In this document: in pieces, positions 1 to 14,008 of the stretch
Layout of the letters: each line of letters starts with the position of its first letter
How positions within the stretch are numbered: position 1 is the first letter of the stretch
Source: Octopus sinensis
Taxonomy: Eukaryota
Direction: 5' to 3'
Length of the DNA stretch: 64,000 bases
Assembly (NCBI RefSeq): GCF_006345805.1
Contig: NC_043006.1
Coordinates: 34,720,001-34,784,000, forward strand
The notes under the pieces: generated by a model
What the model was told of the DNA's origin: nothing
The model's database searches: none
The model's input: the letters and a program-made list of their open reading frames with translations, nothing else
Program-made: the position numbers and the translations under genes

Positions 1-21
1 AATATTTTCTGTGAAATCTCT

Positions 22-323
22 GTATCGACTCCGAAAGGATGAAAGGTAAAGTCGACCTCGGCGGAATTTGAACTCGGAACGTAACGGCAGACGAAATACC
101 TATTTCTTTACTACCCACAAGAGGCTAAACACAGAAAGGACAAACAAGGACAGGCAAATGGATTAAGTCGATTATATCGACCCCAGTGTTTCACTGGTAC
201 TTAATTTATCGACCCCGAAAGGATGAAAGGCAAAGTCGGAATTTGAACTCAGAACGTAACGGCAGACGAAATACCGCTAAGTATTTCGCCCGGCGTGCTA
301 ACGTTTCTGCCAGCTCGCCGCCT
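22..323 (-). mobile_element. SINE family A with internal tandem duplication of the body
   Basis: Minus strand starts GGCGGCGAGCTGGCAGAAACGTTAGC, has B-box-like GAGTTCAAATTCC; body GAAAGGATGAAAGGCAAAGTCG recurs many times in the window; segment 23-80 repeats 190-262. Confidence 0.8.
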
Positions 324-519
324 TCCTATTTCCCTAGTTTGATATAACCAGCGACGTTGTATTATACTCAAGGCTTATGTCAGCTAACATTCGTGTCTTT
401 TAAAAACCAACAGGGACACTTTGTGAATAATAGCCTGCATCAATCGGACGGAATTGGGCTGTATTTAGTCAATATATATAAATGTGTGTGTATGTTTTAT
501 CATTTCTATGAATCTTTTA

Positions 520-720
520 TTTTTTGCTTGTTTCAGGCATTGGATTGCGGCCATGCTGGGGCACCGCCCCGAAGGGTTTTGTCGAACAAATTCACTTCAA
601 TACTTTTTTTTTTTTTAATCGGGTACTTATTCTGTCAGTCTTTTTTGCCGAATCATTCAATTACGGTGGATGTAAACAAACCAACACATGTTGTCAAGCA
701 GTGTGGAGAGACAAACACTA
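520..720 (-). mobile_element. SINE family B, 3' half
   Basis: Matches the 3' half of the full copies at 10590-10991 and 34295-34690 (TGCGGCCATGCTGGGGCACCGCC...GTTGTCAAGC). Confidence 0.75.
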
Positions 721-1451
721 ACACGCACACACACACACACACACACACGCAAACACACATACACCACATACACACACACACATACACACACACACACACG
801 CACACGCCACACACACACGGACACACGCGCGGACTCTAAGCTTAGTTAAAATATGTTTGTCAAATATTTCAGCTTCTAAAGGCAAATTCACTGCAGTTTA
901 CCGTTCTCCCTATTGGTAAAAAGGTATTTAAACACCATCTCTATTCAGCGCTGCACAACCCACATATATATATGTGCGCGTGTGTGTGTGAGAGAGAGAG
1001 AGGGAGAAAGAGAGAGAGAGGTATAACGACAAGAATTGTAGTAACGACGACGACAACGATGACGACGACAACGACAACGATGACGACGACGACGACGACG
1101 ACGGCGACTGCGACACATTGATGCTATCGAAGATGAAGGCATAAACGTTACGATATGTGGACTTTAGAGCCGACCGAGGCTAAAAAGAGGACGATTGACA
1201 CAGATTTGTATATTGATTGATTTCATCAAGAAGTTCTGATAAAGGCCGAGGGAATAGAGCAGCTGAAGTTAGCATATCGCTGGCCATTGCGTTGGTTATA
1301 TAACAAATATTAGAGATAACAATTGAACAATGAGAGAGAGAGAGAGAGAGAGAAAGAGAAAGAAAGAGAGAGACGGAGGGAGAGAGAGAGAGGGAGAGAG
1401 AGAGAGAAAGATAACGATTTTTAACTGACAGAAAATAGCTTGACACGGAGT

Positions 1452-1760
<309 letters not shown>

Positions 1761-1905
1761 TCTGTCTGTCTCTCTCCTGTAGCGTAGCTCGGACGGTAGG
1801 TGACGGCGCGGTCCATCTCGGGCAACGCTTTTATGGAGTGGTCCTTTTGAGTCTGCCGAATAAGGCTTGGGGCCCAGACCGGGTACAAAACCAAGGGCTG
1901 ACTCG

Positions 1906-1952
<47 letters not shown>

Positions 1953-2291
1953 ACTTGTTTACGCCACGGCTGTGATTTATTGTCCTTTACGATTTTGTTT
2001 TATGGAATGCTAACATAAAACACAAATGCAGTTGCGGAGTTCATGTATTGTCCACTTTGAGAGATATTTTACAATAGAAGTCCATGAATCATACTTAATG
2101 ATAGATAGATAGATATACATAGATAGATTCACACATACATACACACATACATACATACATACATACACATACATACATACGTACACACATACATGCATAT
2201 AGACATGCATACGTACATACATACCACAACGTTCCTGAGAATATATACAGGTGTGGTTCTAAGCAAGATAATCCTCCTCCTCCTCCTCCTT

Positions 2292-2362
<71 letters not shown>

Positions 2363-3461
2363 GAATTCTGAAATAAATAAATAGATAGATTACAAACAGT
2401 GTTGTGGAGTTCATACATTTCCTAAAGAATATTTCTTAGAGAAAGAAAATTCCACTTTCTTCTAGTTCAGATTTGCTTAAAGAATAGGTACGAATAGAAT
2501 ATCCAGGCGGGTACCGTTCGAGCACTCCGAGATAATCTTGGGTTTGAGCACCTAGGATTACTTTAGGTGAACAATCCCAATGTGTTTCACCTGACGGGTA
2601 AATCCTGGGTTCACTTCGCTAGATTATAGATATTTTACCAAGTATATATCCTAGACAATTACAATAAATACGGAGGTTAGTACAACTGTATACTTTTTAT
2701 GTCTTCAGTCAATTAAACACCGCATTTGATTTAAATGTGTCCAACGCACGTTTCTGCTGCATAGACGTCTCACAATTACATTCGCATTCAGTTAGTTTCG
2801 ACTGGTTATTGATCTCTGCAACTTTATTCAAGGTCGATCCACTGATGTGGTCTGAAGCGATCTACGCGTATGTAGGTTTAGCTAGGATTATATTTGGCAG
2901 GTGACTAAATTTTTTGAGTGCAAAGAATGTGAGAGGAACATTTGGAAACTCGATACGGCTATAAAAACTGCGATGAGGTTAACCCTGTCTTGACACTAGG
3001 TTTGAATTTCGAATTGAGAATACTTAGATCTTTATTTAGGTCAATGTATGATTAAAAAAAAAACTAAAAAAAAAAACGCTAGCCTTTGGTGGAATAGGAA
3101 TTAGTGAGTTTCAGATATTGCGTACAATTACTGGTCACTAATTCAGATATAATTAAATATATGAGATATGTAGAAGCAACACAACCACACTCATCTTTTA
3201 TGAAGGCAATAAAGTCACAGGTTAAGTAAAAAAGAGAGAGAGAGAGAGAGAGAGAAAAAAGAAGCGTCTTAGATAGGAAAGAATTACAGGAAAGAAATGC
3301 CACGTTTTATTTGAATAGCATAAATAACAGTTAAAGTAATTGAATAGAATTTAGGCCACTCGTTTACTGACAATAAATGAATGTCTTGACACAATGGGAA
3401 GTTTATTAAACGTACGGAAAAATAAAAGTCACGGCTTTATTGTATTTTTTAAAACAGAACA

Positions 3462-3516
<55 letters not shown>

Positions 3517-3673
3517 CACATACATATATATATGTGCATGTGTGTGTATGTGTGTGTCAGTGTGTCAGTGTGTATGTATGTAACTGTGTATATGTATCAC
3601 ATCTCTCTCTCTGTCTCTCTGTACACACACACACACACACGCACGCACACACACACATGAACACACACACACG

Positions 3674-3719
<46 letters not shown>

Positions 3720-3720
<1 letters not shown>

Positions 3721-4928
3721 GAGGGAGAGTCAAAAATTATTAGCACTCTTGTGTTTTCAATATATTTACACAAAAGCAGGGGGTGAAAAAGTATGTCATT
3801 TTACTATATAATCTCCTTCCTTGGTCCAGCGGTCCATAAGCTTGCGTATTCCCTCCAAGAAGAACGTTTTTGGTTGGTCGTGCAACCATTAATGCACCGT
3901 TTCCTTCACATCTTTATCCGTGGGAAACCGACGACCTCGTAAAGCATCTTTGAGCGGTCCCAAAATATGATAGTTGGAAGGGGCGAGATCTGGGTTGTAG
4001 GCAGGGTGTTCCAGCTCCTCAAAACCCAATTGGTTAATATTTTCAACAGTCAGGACGGTCGTGTATTGGCGTGCATTGTCATGCAACAACAAAACTTCCT
4101 TCGACAATAGGCTTTGGCGTTTGGTGCGAATTCTGGCTTCAGTTTGTTGACCAGCAAAGCACTGTATCTTGCACTGTTGATCGTACATCCCTTTTCCAGG
4201 TAGTTTTCCAGTATGGACCCTTTTCCTGCGGAAGACTGAGTCTTGAATTTCTTGGTCGCTGGCGAGCCAGGATGTTTCCAGTCCATACTCTATCTTTTGG
4301 ATTCTACCTCATAATGATAGACCCATGTTCCATCTGTGACTTTTCTGCTCAAAAATTCCTCGCCCTCTTTGTTGCAGCGATCGAATAAAAAGTTGGCAGA
4401 CCTCAAGATGTATGCGCTTGTGCTCTGCAATCGTCTTGCACAGAGTTTATGGAAGCCGAGCTCATCGTGGATGATTTGATAGGCAGAACCATGGCTAATC
4501 TGCAGAGAACGAGCTACCCCATAGATGATAACTCGCCGTTCACCATAACCATCTCACGAGCTTGCTGAGTCTTCCCGTCAGTGGTGGAGGATAACGTGCG
4601 TCACGCCTGTCCGGCCACTTTTAAGCTCTTCGATCCACTCATCCAAACTTCTACACGGTAGTGTACTGTCCCCATATTGTGCTAAAAGCCTCCAATGAAT
4701 TTCGGCACCTGACATACGTTCCAACCAGAGAAATCGGATCACTGCTATTTGTTTTTCTTTGTTGCACATTGTATGTTTATACTATAAAGCCAGAAAGAAA
4801 AATGACGCGATCAGGTTCAAACTTCGATCACATGACCACAATAGTACCAACTATAAGCACGCATGCGCAGAAGGCAATGTAACAATAAAGATATGTTATG
4901 GCGAAAGTGTAGATAACTTCTGACTTCG
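3720..4928 (-). mobile_element. Near full-length decayed mariner (DD34D class) transposon
   Basis: Frameshifted ORFs: N-terminal HTH IRFLWLERMSGAEIHWRLLAQYG, WKHPGSPATKKFKTQSSAGK, LLHDNARQYT...PAYNPDLAPSNY (34 aa spacing, last D to N); degenerate TIRs with TA flanks at 3718-3719 and 4929-4930. Confidence 0.9.
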
Positions 4929-5316
4929 TATAACTATATAAGACATAAAGAATGAAGATGTCAAGGACTTATTTTGCTTACACGTTTTTCAGATAGTCTT
5001 TCGGAATGCATCCGTTGCACATTGAGGCTGGCATGTTTAATTAATCCAAAAGTTGATTGATTAATTAAACAAAATTACGGAGCTGTTGACTACCAAGACA
5101 AAGTTTAATACTCTGATACACATACATGCCTACTTAAAGAGAGATGGTAAAGTAGAGAGTGAGAGAGAAAGACAGAAAGGGAAAAAGGAGAGAGAAAGAG
5201 AAAGAAAAAGGGAGAGAAAAAGAGGGAAGGAAAGAGAGAGAGAGAGAGAGAGAAAGGGAGAGAGAGAGAAAGGAGATAGATCGATAAATAGACAGACAGA
5301 TATATAATATATATAT

Positions 5317-5399
<83 letters not shown>

Positions 5400-5454
5400 C
5401 GAGAGATATGTAAAGTATCTAGTGGTATTTACTAAAATCTAACGCCTGTGAAGA

Positions 5455-5597
5455 AACTGCCTCATCCAGCTCTTACTGCTCTATGGGTTTTGAAACAGTT
5501 GCTTGACAATTCAGATGTCAATGCGAAATATCTTGACTTTGCAAAGGCCTTTGATAAGGTGGATCATGGCAAGATACGTTTCAAGCTGGTAAACTAG
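5455..5597 (+). pseudogene. CR1-clade LINE reverse transcriptase fragment
   Basis: Translates, with a frameshift, to CLIQLL..WVLKQLLDNSDVNAKYLDFAKAFDKVDHG, the typical CR1 RT motif. Confidence 0.8.
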
Positions 5598-5619
5598 GAG
5601 AGTACTGGGCCCATTATTG

Positions 5620-6150
5620 TACATGATAGCCATCTTAGACATGTCCATGGTTAACCAGTCAGCCACTGTAATTCGAACACAAAGAAGTTGTTTATCATCT
5701 TGATGCAACTCTCAGAGTTCACAGTAACAGCATTTCCATTATTGTCTTCAAAAAAGTAAGGACCAATGACGGCAGCTTTTCCAACAGTCCACCAGACCAT
5801 CACTTCTGGGCTGACCAGTGGTCTTTCGTGCAGTTCTCTTGGATTTTCAAGAACCCAATAACGACAGTTCTGTTGATTCACTATGCCATTGAGACGAAAA
5901 TGAGCTTCATCACTCATTAACAAAATGAGGTTGTCATCTGCCTCAAAAATTGCTTCCATCTGACATGTAAAGTTATGCATAGGCCCATGGTTTCAACTGT
6001 TACCCAGTGACCAATCCGTACAAATTGGTCACTGAGGTAGATCCAACGGAAATATAACCTCGACTACAGATGACACCAGGCAGCAGGAACTGTACCAGTG
6101 CTCTGCTCAACACTTCAACACATTGACCGACATATACCCATTAGTCCAAA
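5620..6150 (-). pseudogene. Tc1/mariner (maT/DD37D-like) transposase fragment
   Basis: ORF 5651-5980: MSDEAHFRLNGIVNQQNCRYW...VMVW...IGPYFFE...VTVNSE. Confidence 0.85.
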
Positions 6151-6155
6151 GATAT

Positions 6156-6288
<133 letters not shown>

Positions 6289-6689
6289 ACACATAAATCC
6301 GTTGGAAAATCGATTATAGCAGTGACCCGATCAATCCCTAGGGATATCTGAAGAAGGAATTTTTATATTCCGCAATACTATGTCAAACTATGGCTGATTA
6401 AATTATAACAGTCTTTATAGACCATTGTTGTGCCATTCAAGACACATTTTAGAGAGACTTAGTAATTTTAATATTTCTATTATATATATATATATATATA
6501 TATATAAATATATTATGTATATGTATATATTACGACGTTCTGGTACATTTTGCAGCCAAGTCGACCGTTTGAGAGTTAACCGTCTTCGTTGAGAATAAAA
6601 TGAAACAGCTGGTGACAAGATGCAACCCAATGACACTTAGGATGATTACTTGGTACCCAACAATAGCTCAACTAGTTTCTGGCATTGAT

Positions 6690-6900
6690 TTAAAATTTTG
6701 GCACAAGGCCAGCAATTTCAGGAGTGGCGATAAGTTGATCACATCAACCTCAGTACGCAACTGGTATTTATTTTATTGATCCTGAACGGATAAAAGGCAA
6801 AGTCGACCTCGCGGGAATTTGAACTGAGAGCGTTAAAAGGGACGAAATGCCACTAAGCATTTTGTCCGGCCTGCTAGCGAATCTATCAGCGTGCAGCCTT
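6690..6900 (-). mobile_element. SINE family A, old copy
   Basis: GGCAAAGTCGACCTCGCGGGAATTTGAACTG and CTAAGCATTTTGTCCGGC match family A. Confidence 0.7.
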
Positions 6901-7214
6901 ACTTTCTGTTATTGATAGGGGTGGAACAAATTAAAAATTCTTATTTGCGCATAATTCTTGTAAAAAAGAAAAAGAAAAAAAAAGGAATAAAGAGAAGAAT
7001 AACATGAAGAATAGACATTCAGCGATTTATTGGCGCGAAATTAAGAAAGTAACTTAAACGCGAGTGCGCGCCCACTACAGTTTCTGAAATACACACACGC
7101 ATACAAAAACACAGAAACACATACATACACACAACCACATTCGCCTGCATGCACACGCATACATATGCAATTATTGCCGTTGATTTTTGTATTATACTAC
7201 ATTGGCTTTACTCC

Positions 7215-7531
7215 CAGTGGCGAACCGGGTCTAAAAATATTGTTTGCCAGGAGACTAAGGGGGCCCATCCGCAACTACGAGGGGGATCACCCGCAACTAC
7301 AATGCCATAATTTAATTTTTTTTTTTTTGTTTTGTTAAAAGTATTCTTTTCAATTATCTACAAACATAGCCAGGCTGAAATAATTAGTGCATTTTTCCAG
7401 GAGTGAACAAAAAATTCTCAAACTTATGGGGATGGGCCCCTTAAATACAAACATGGGCCCTCATATATGGATTCTAATGGCACAGAGGCCCACTTGCCAT
7501 CGGGCATGCTGGCAACCTGGCCAGATCACTG
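7215..7531. mobile_element. hAT-type MITE
   Basis: CAGTG...CACTG termini; 8-bp TSD TTTACTCC (7207-7214) / TTTACACC (7532-7539), 7 of 8 identical. Confidence 0.7.
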
Positions 7532-8176
7532 TTTACACCGGTTTTAAACGTAAACAATAATCAAATTCTATTCACCAGACACAACTCTACAATAGATGAC
7601 ATTTACCAAAAGTTCCACACAAGCGACATTTTTTTTTTGTATGAATATAAGATGTTCTTGATTTAAGTATGAAGTCAATACTTTTATAAAAATTTAAAAA
7701 ACTATTTGCAAGTTGATGTTTATAAATTACATCGATTAAAGAAATCAGTAAAAACAACAAAAAAAGCATTATAAGGGAGATAAGTGTATGAAACATTTCA
7801 AGTATATTGGAGTTGTTTCCCTTGTCAATCCCCGAGAATAGTCTGATAGGCTTCCAAACTTTGGTCTTTCGCAACTAATATATTAATATCCGAAATTCCA
7901 TTTACGAGTCCGAAAATTTCGAGTAATCGTACACTTTACTGAAGTGTGTCATTCCTATGAAATTCATGTTTCTATTTCTTCATTGTCTGCTTAAATTCCT
8001 AGGACGTTACGACAAAATGTATCGTAAACAAAAATATTGTTTTTTGTTGGTTAATATTTCAGCTTAACCATTTATCGTTTATTTTTGCCGAACCGCTTTG
8101 TTAAACGGTGGGAAGAGTGACAAAGATATACACATACATGCACGCATGCACACACTCACGCACACACATATGTACG

Positions 8177-8318
8177 CTTAGCGGCATTTCATTTGTCTTC
8201 ACGTTCTGGGTTCAAATGCCGCCAGGGTTGATAAAATAAGTACCAGCTGAGCACTAGGATAGGTTTTATCGACTTAGCTCCTAGCCCGAAGTTGCTGGCC
8301 TCGTACCAAAATTTGAAA
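8177..8318 (+). mobile_element. SINE family A, truncated with internal deletion
   Basis: GCTTAGCGGCATTTC...GTTCAAATGCCGCC...AAGTACCAGCTGAGCACT. Confidence 0.65.
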
Positions 8319-8439
8319 CTTGCACACACACACGCACACACACACACACCACACACACATATATACTATCATATATATACTTGTGAACGTGCGTGTGAGT
8401 GTGTGTATGTATGTGTGTGTGTGTGTGTGTGTGCATGAA

Positions 8440-8700
<261 letters not shown>

Positions 8701-9714
8701 TATATATGTTTTATTCTAAATGTTTACTATGGACTCTTTCACTATACACCCCTTTTGGTTTGACCACACATACCCGTATCAAGTCACCTGTCCAACAAAT
8801 AAACTTCCAAGTATGAGGGTGTTGGATGTTCATCGTTCGATAATGAGGGCTTAGTTATTTGATCAAATGAGTTATTTGTTCCTGAATCTATGATAAATGC
8901 AAACGGCTGAGTGTCCCATAGGCACAGTGGGTGCAAGAAGGTTGTATTATATAAATTAATTGTTTGCAAGGCTACAGAATTTCATTTTGCAACTATTATT
9001 ATGTTGCAAAACGAAATACTGTCTCCTTGCTAGTAATTAATATGACACGTACCAATTCGTAAGAATCTGTTTATTATGTAAAATTGGTCTATCCATTAGT
9101 GTTACACTGCTAAGCTTAGTGAGTATTTAAGCAGTGTATTCGTGGATGGTTAATGAGTTAGAAGTTGTACTAAAGAAAGTGCAATAACTCTTGAAATATG
9201 TATATACATTCACGGCTTTTTTTAATCTTTGATCGCATTGTTTACATAGATGTATTCGTAAACGAAATGGCTCCACTTTCTGTGCTAGCACTAAATTCTA
9301 TAGAAAATCTCCAGAGATAAAATTAAAAGTGATATATATATATATATATATATATTACAGAAAGCCTGTAGAGATAACTTAAAAGTGATTGAATCGCTAA
9401 CACGAAAAAGTAGGACTCCCACCAGCAATTAATATGACGCGGGCCAGTTACTAGGAAGGCGTATGCCAAATTCTTGGATAGAATTTTCGTTGCAGTATAT
9501 TTTTGTTGTCTTTTATATTCTATTTGTTTCAGTAATTGGACTGCGGCCATTCTGGTGCACCATATTGGTTTAGTCGAATACGTGCGTTTATGTATGTATG
9601 TGTGTGTGGTTATGTATGTATGTATGTATGTGTGTATGTATGTATGTATGTATGTATGTATGTATGTATGTATGTATGTGTCTGCGTGTGTACAGAAAAT
9701 GCTCCCACTGAATT

Positions 9715-9836
9715 TCCCCTCGTGGTGCTTCAAGTGTTTTCGCTTAATAAACACTCACAACGCCCGGTCTGGGAATCGAAACTACGATCCTATGACTGCG
9801 AGTCAGCTGCCCTAACCGCTGGGCCATTGCATATCC
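9715..9836 (-). mobile_element. SINE family C, tRNA-like head only
   Basis: Matches 52290-52376 (GCAATGGCCCAGCGGTTAGGGCAG...TTCGATTCCCAGACCGGGCG). Confidence 0.75.
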
Positions 9837-10261
9837 ACAATTTGTAAATAGTATTGTTGTGTAAGACACTATGATGTGGTTTGAGAGGGAATATCAACCG
9901 AATACAAAAACTTCTCTCTTCGCACACAAGGCATTTTTAGTGAATAAATAAAACGTGTTCCTGCAATGTTTATGCCTTTCTGTCTATGGTATTGATACTG
10001 TTTATAGAAGGAGTACAATCGGTAATCGCAATTAAGACGTGGAGTTGGTTCGCTGATTGTTTTTTTTTTCTTTCGCAACACAGAAAAACGTTCGGTTATT
10101 GGCAAAGATGGTGTTTATCTAGGGGAGATAACTCTTATTAAATAATTAGCCTAGAGTTAGCGTAGACTCGAACCCACGTCTCCTGTAGATTTTTTCTATC
10201 CTAAAATGGTTTCCAACCCAATAGTAACATAAATATATGTTACTATTTATAGCACGTAAGA

Positions 10262-10475
10262 CTGTGAGCTGGCAGAATTATTAGCTCGTTGGACGAAATA
10301 ATTAGTATTTCTCCCGCCGCTAAGTTCTGAGTTCAAATTCCGCCAAGGCCGACTTTTGTTTTTCCTCCTTTTGGCTCGATAAAATAAACAGCAGTTGATC
10401 ACTGGGGTTGATGTAATAGACTAGCCCCTCCCATTCAAATGTCAGGCCTTGTGTCAATGGTAGAAAGGATTATTT
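10262..10475 (+). mobile_element. SINE family A
   Basis: GAGCTGGCAGAA head, GAGTTCAAATTCCGCC B-box-like motif, family tail. Confidence 0.75.
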
Positions 10476-10513
10476 ATAGCATATAAATAAGAGATCCAGT
10501 TCCAAAAGATATA

Positions 10514-11131
10514 CAGTATTCCCTCGCCATATCGCGGTTCACCTATCGTGTCCTCAGTACATCGCGGATTTTTCTGGCTTATTTACTCTCTCTTTTTACT
10601 TTTTATTTGTTTCAGTCATTTGACTGCGAGCACCGCCTTTAGTCGAGCAAATCGACCTCAGGACTTATTCTTTGTAAGCCTAGTACTTATTCTATCGGTC
10701 TCTTTTGCCGAACGGCGATGTACTGAGGAGTTTCGCTAAGTTACTGGGACGTAAACACACAAGCATCGGTTGTCAAGCGATGTTGGGCAGACAAACACAG
10801 ACACGCAAACACACACATATACATATATACGACGGGCTTCTTTCAGTTTCCGTCTACCAAATCCACTCACAAGGCTATGGTAGGCCAGAGGCTAAAGCAG
10901 AAGACACTTGCCCAAGGTGCCACACAGTGAGACTGATCCCGGAACCACGTGGTTGGTAAGCAAGCTACTTACCATACAGCCACTCCTGCGTCTATATATG
11001 TAAATTTATATCGAAACTCCTCAGTACATCGCGGGTTTCTGCGGCTGATAGGTATTTATAATTTTTTAGATTTTTATTATTTCTGTGGGAAGTTTGGGAA
11101 CGTAATAACCGCGATAATTAAGGGATTACTG
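10514..11131. mobile_element. pogo/Tigger-like MITE interrupted by a family B SINE
   Basis: TIRs CAGTATTCCCTCGCCATATCGCGGTT / AACCGCGATAATTAAGGGATTACTG; TA at 10512-10513 and 11132-11133. Confidence 0.75.
10590..10991 (-). mobile_element. SINE family B, full length (tRNA-derived head, possible CORE-like middle)
   Basis: Minus strand GCAGGAGTGGCTGTATGGTAAG (A box)...GGGATCAGTC (B-box-like)...CCTTGGGCAAGTGTCTTC; internal (TA/CA) tract; conserved tail. Confidence 0.85.
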
Positions 11132-11679
11132 TATACGGATCTGTCTGTCTGTCTATCGTTTAACTTTTGTGTTTATGACGGGTTATGTCACTGGGACACG
11201 TCTAACTCGTATACATGGCTTCTATAGTTCACTTTCTCTCTGATGCACGCGCAGCACACACACACACACACACATACACACACGTATAGTGACATAAGCA
11301 TCACTTCGCTCTTATATCTCCAAGCATCCATTAGCCACCCGTTCAACTTCCTCTCAGTCAACGACTAACTTCTTACCCGAAGACCTGTGCACACAAATAC
11401 ATTCATATTCTAATGTGACAGACATACACATTGCTGTATCCGTACAAGAAATGCGCGTCCGCAGTCACACACACATACATACACATAGAATCACATACAC
11501 GCACACACACACACACACACACACAAACACGTGACACACAAAGAGCCAAACATACACAAATAAAAAGAACAAACAGCTAGTGGTCTTCCATAAACAGCAT
11601 TGCTCGGATTTGTGCCTGGGAGGGTAACTATCTTGGTGCAATCCCATCGTCATTCGTGACCGAAAGTGGTTCAGTATAT

Positions 11680-11905
11680 ACTCTCTCTTTTACTCTTTAC
11701 TTGTCAGTTTATTTGAATGCGGCATGCTGGAGCACCACCTTTTAGTACTATTCTATCGGTCTTTTTGCCGAACCGCTAAGTGACGGGGACGTAAACACTA
11801 CCAGCAGCGGTTGTCAAGCAATGCTAGGGGACAAACACAAACACAGACACACAACACACACATATACATATATTATATATCATAATACGACAGGCTTCTT
11901 TCAGT
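11680..11905 (-). mobile_element. SINE family B cut by the assembly gap
   Basis: 3' half and start of the 5' half (GGCTTCTTTCAGT) run into the Ns. Confidence 0.75.
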
Positions 11906-12005
11906 NNNNNNNNNNNNNNNNNNNNNNNNNNNNNNNNNNNNNNNNNNNNNNNNNNNNNNNNNNNNNNNNNNNNNNNNNNNNNNNNNNNNNNNNNNNNNNN
12001 NNNNN
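11906..12005. other. Assembly gap (100 N)
   Basis: Exactly 100 N, probably a placeholder for unknown length. Confidence 1.
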
Positions 12006-12099
12006 ATCGCATTTTATTTCCAAATTTTGGGTTGATCAATAATTTCGAAGAACGAGTAAATCAAAGTGTCATTAATGTAAATAATAGGCGAGGATAATT

Positions 12100-12539
12100 A
12101 ATCCCGAGATGCATATATATATACAAGCAGATACACAGCGCATTCTTGCATTCTTGCATATATGCATACGTACACACACACATACATACACACACACACT
12201 CATACAAGCACGTGTTTCGCAATTTGTTCTTTATGCGATACAAATCACATTATATATATACACGTATATATATATATACACACATATATACACACAGACA
12301 TAATGTATATAATCTACATATGTATATATAAATACATAACAAAACATAATATATATATATATATATATATGATTATATATATATATACTCACACACACAC
12401 ATATATATATATTGATATATATACACACACACATATATATACAAATGTATAACATATATATAATACATAAATATATACATAATAGACAAATATATATATG
12501 TAAATATATATGTATACATATATATATATATATATATGT

Positions 12540-12581
<42 letters not shown>

Positions 12582-12760
12582 TATAATATATATATGTATA
12601 CATATATATATATATATCATATATTATATATATATATATACATATTATATATACACACACACATATATATATATATATGTGTGTGTATGTATTATGTATG
12701 TATGTATGTAGTATGTATGTATTGTGTGGTGTGTGTGTGTGTGTATACGTATGTTTGTAT
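12100..12760. repeat. Degenerate (TA)n/(CA)n/(TG)n field
   Basis: Direct reading. Confidence 0.9.
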
Positions 12761-12825
12761 GGAAGCGTGTATGTACATTTGTATGTCTATATTGCCTGCA
12801 TGCATATTTGGCGCACGCCCAATTT

Positions 12826-12900
12826 AGCTCGTAACGAGTGTGGGCGTGTCTGTTTCACTGAGGTTGATCTTATAAATCATCATAGAAGCGACACACGTAG
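12826..12900 (+). pseudogene. Possible C-terminal C2H2-like finger of an RTE LINE ORF2
   Basis: RNECGRVCFTEVDLINHHRSD resembles CxxCGRxCxSxxGLxxHxRxH; first C is CGT (one transition from TGT). Confidence 0.4.
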
Positions 12901-13455
12901 AAAAGTTGTTGACTATACATTATGTAGCATCGCTACTTGCCGGGAATATGCAGAAGAATGTACTTTAGGAGAGCGAATTAGAAAGTCATGTGAAGGCTTC
13001 ACCGAAGCCTTATTGAACTGTATGAGGGCGACCATTGGTGTCACGTCTTTGAGCAAAACTGAAAGGCAGCATCTGTGCGACTCATCTCGAGGAGAACAAC
13101 CAAACGTGGGCATTACTAGGAATCGAATTGAAGCTATCACGTATGTGCCTGTGCATGTGTGTACGTGTGTGCGTGTCTGTGTGTGTGTGTGTGTGTTTTC
13201 TTCTGGTTTTCAATAATGTCTTTAATTATCAAAACGCTGACGATGGAGCTGGTTTCTAACAAAGATACAGGACTCCATCGTGGGAATGTAGAAAACGAAA
13301 ACAATGGTGCATTTTAGACCTGAGTAAAAGTCTTTCGTAGTTTTAGTCTTCCTCTTACAGATTATTTATACGATGCGTGAATTAGTTGGCTGGGTTCTTC
13401 TTCTGAAAATCTAAGCTTAACCTGGTTGTCACATAGGTATTTACTCACGAAACCA

Positions 13456-13605
13456 ATTCGCTTGCCATAATAAAACTTCGAGTTTCGGATGTTGTGGCGG
13501 AAATATGCTCCGCATTTCGTCAGTTATCAAGGCAATCTGACGAGATGCCGGAGAAGATTTCTGACTCGACATCCGAAACTCGGAGTTTTATTATGGCAAC
13601 CGAAT
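13456..13605. repeat. 150-bp imperfect fold-back with HHR-like boxes in both arms
   Basis: Arms ATTCGCTTGCCATAATAAAACTTCGAGTTTCGGATGT (13456-13492) and 13569-13605, 2 mismatches in 37; inner arms GCATTTCGTCAG / CTGACGAGATGC. Confidence 0.85.
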
Positions 13606-13695
13606 AATTGCCACACATTCTATTACAGATAAATTCCCCTATTTATATAATATCGAGGTTTCATTCATTCTTTCGTTGTCATACCATTAACTATT

Positions 13696-13745
<50 letters not shown>

Positions 13746-13754
13746 ATATATATA

Positions 13755-13792
<38 letters not shown>

Positions 13793-13976
13793 TTAAATTG
13801 TAAAAGCGTTTCAGCCCGAAAGCTACGGCAATGCTGGGGCGCCACCGTTGAATGAGCTACACTAGTGTGGGAAACCACCTCTGATACGTGGCACTTGGTC
13901 AACAAGGAACTTCGACTCAGCTGCCTGCATCTGTGTTTCCTGCCGATGCGTAGGTTCATCTGGAACCTACCTCTCG

Positions 13977-14008
<32 letters not shown>

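Noticed and set aside
2551-2608. Imperfect hairpin (AGGTGAA/TTCACCT) as a possible ribozyme
   Set aside because: No HHR or HDV core could be fitted by eye
6340-6380. CTGAAGA-A-GGAAT..ATTCC-GCAA hammerhead-like motif
   Set aside because: GAAA is replaced by GCAA and stems I and III are unconvincing; at best a relic
8784-8969. Minus-strand ORF or possible exon DSGTNNSF..YLEVYLLDR
   Set aside because: Weak donor and no recognisable homology
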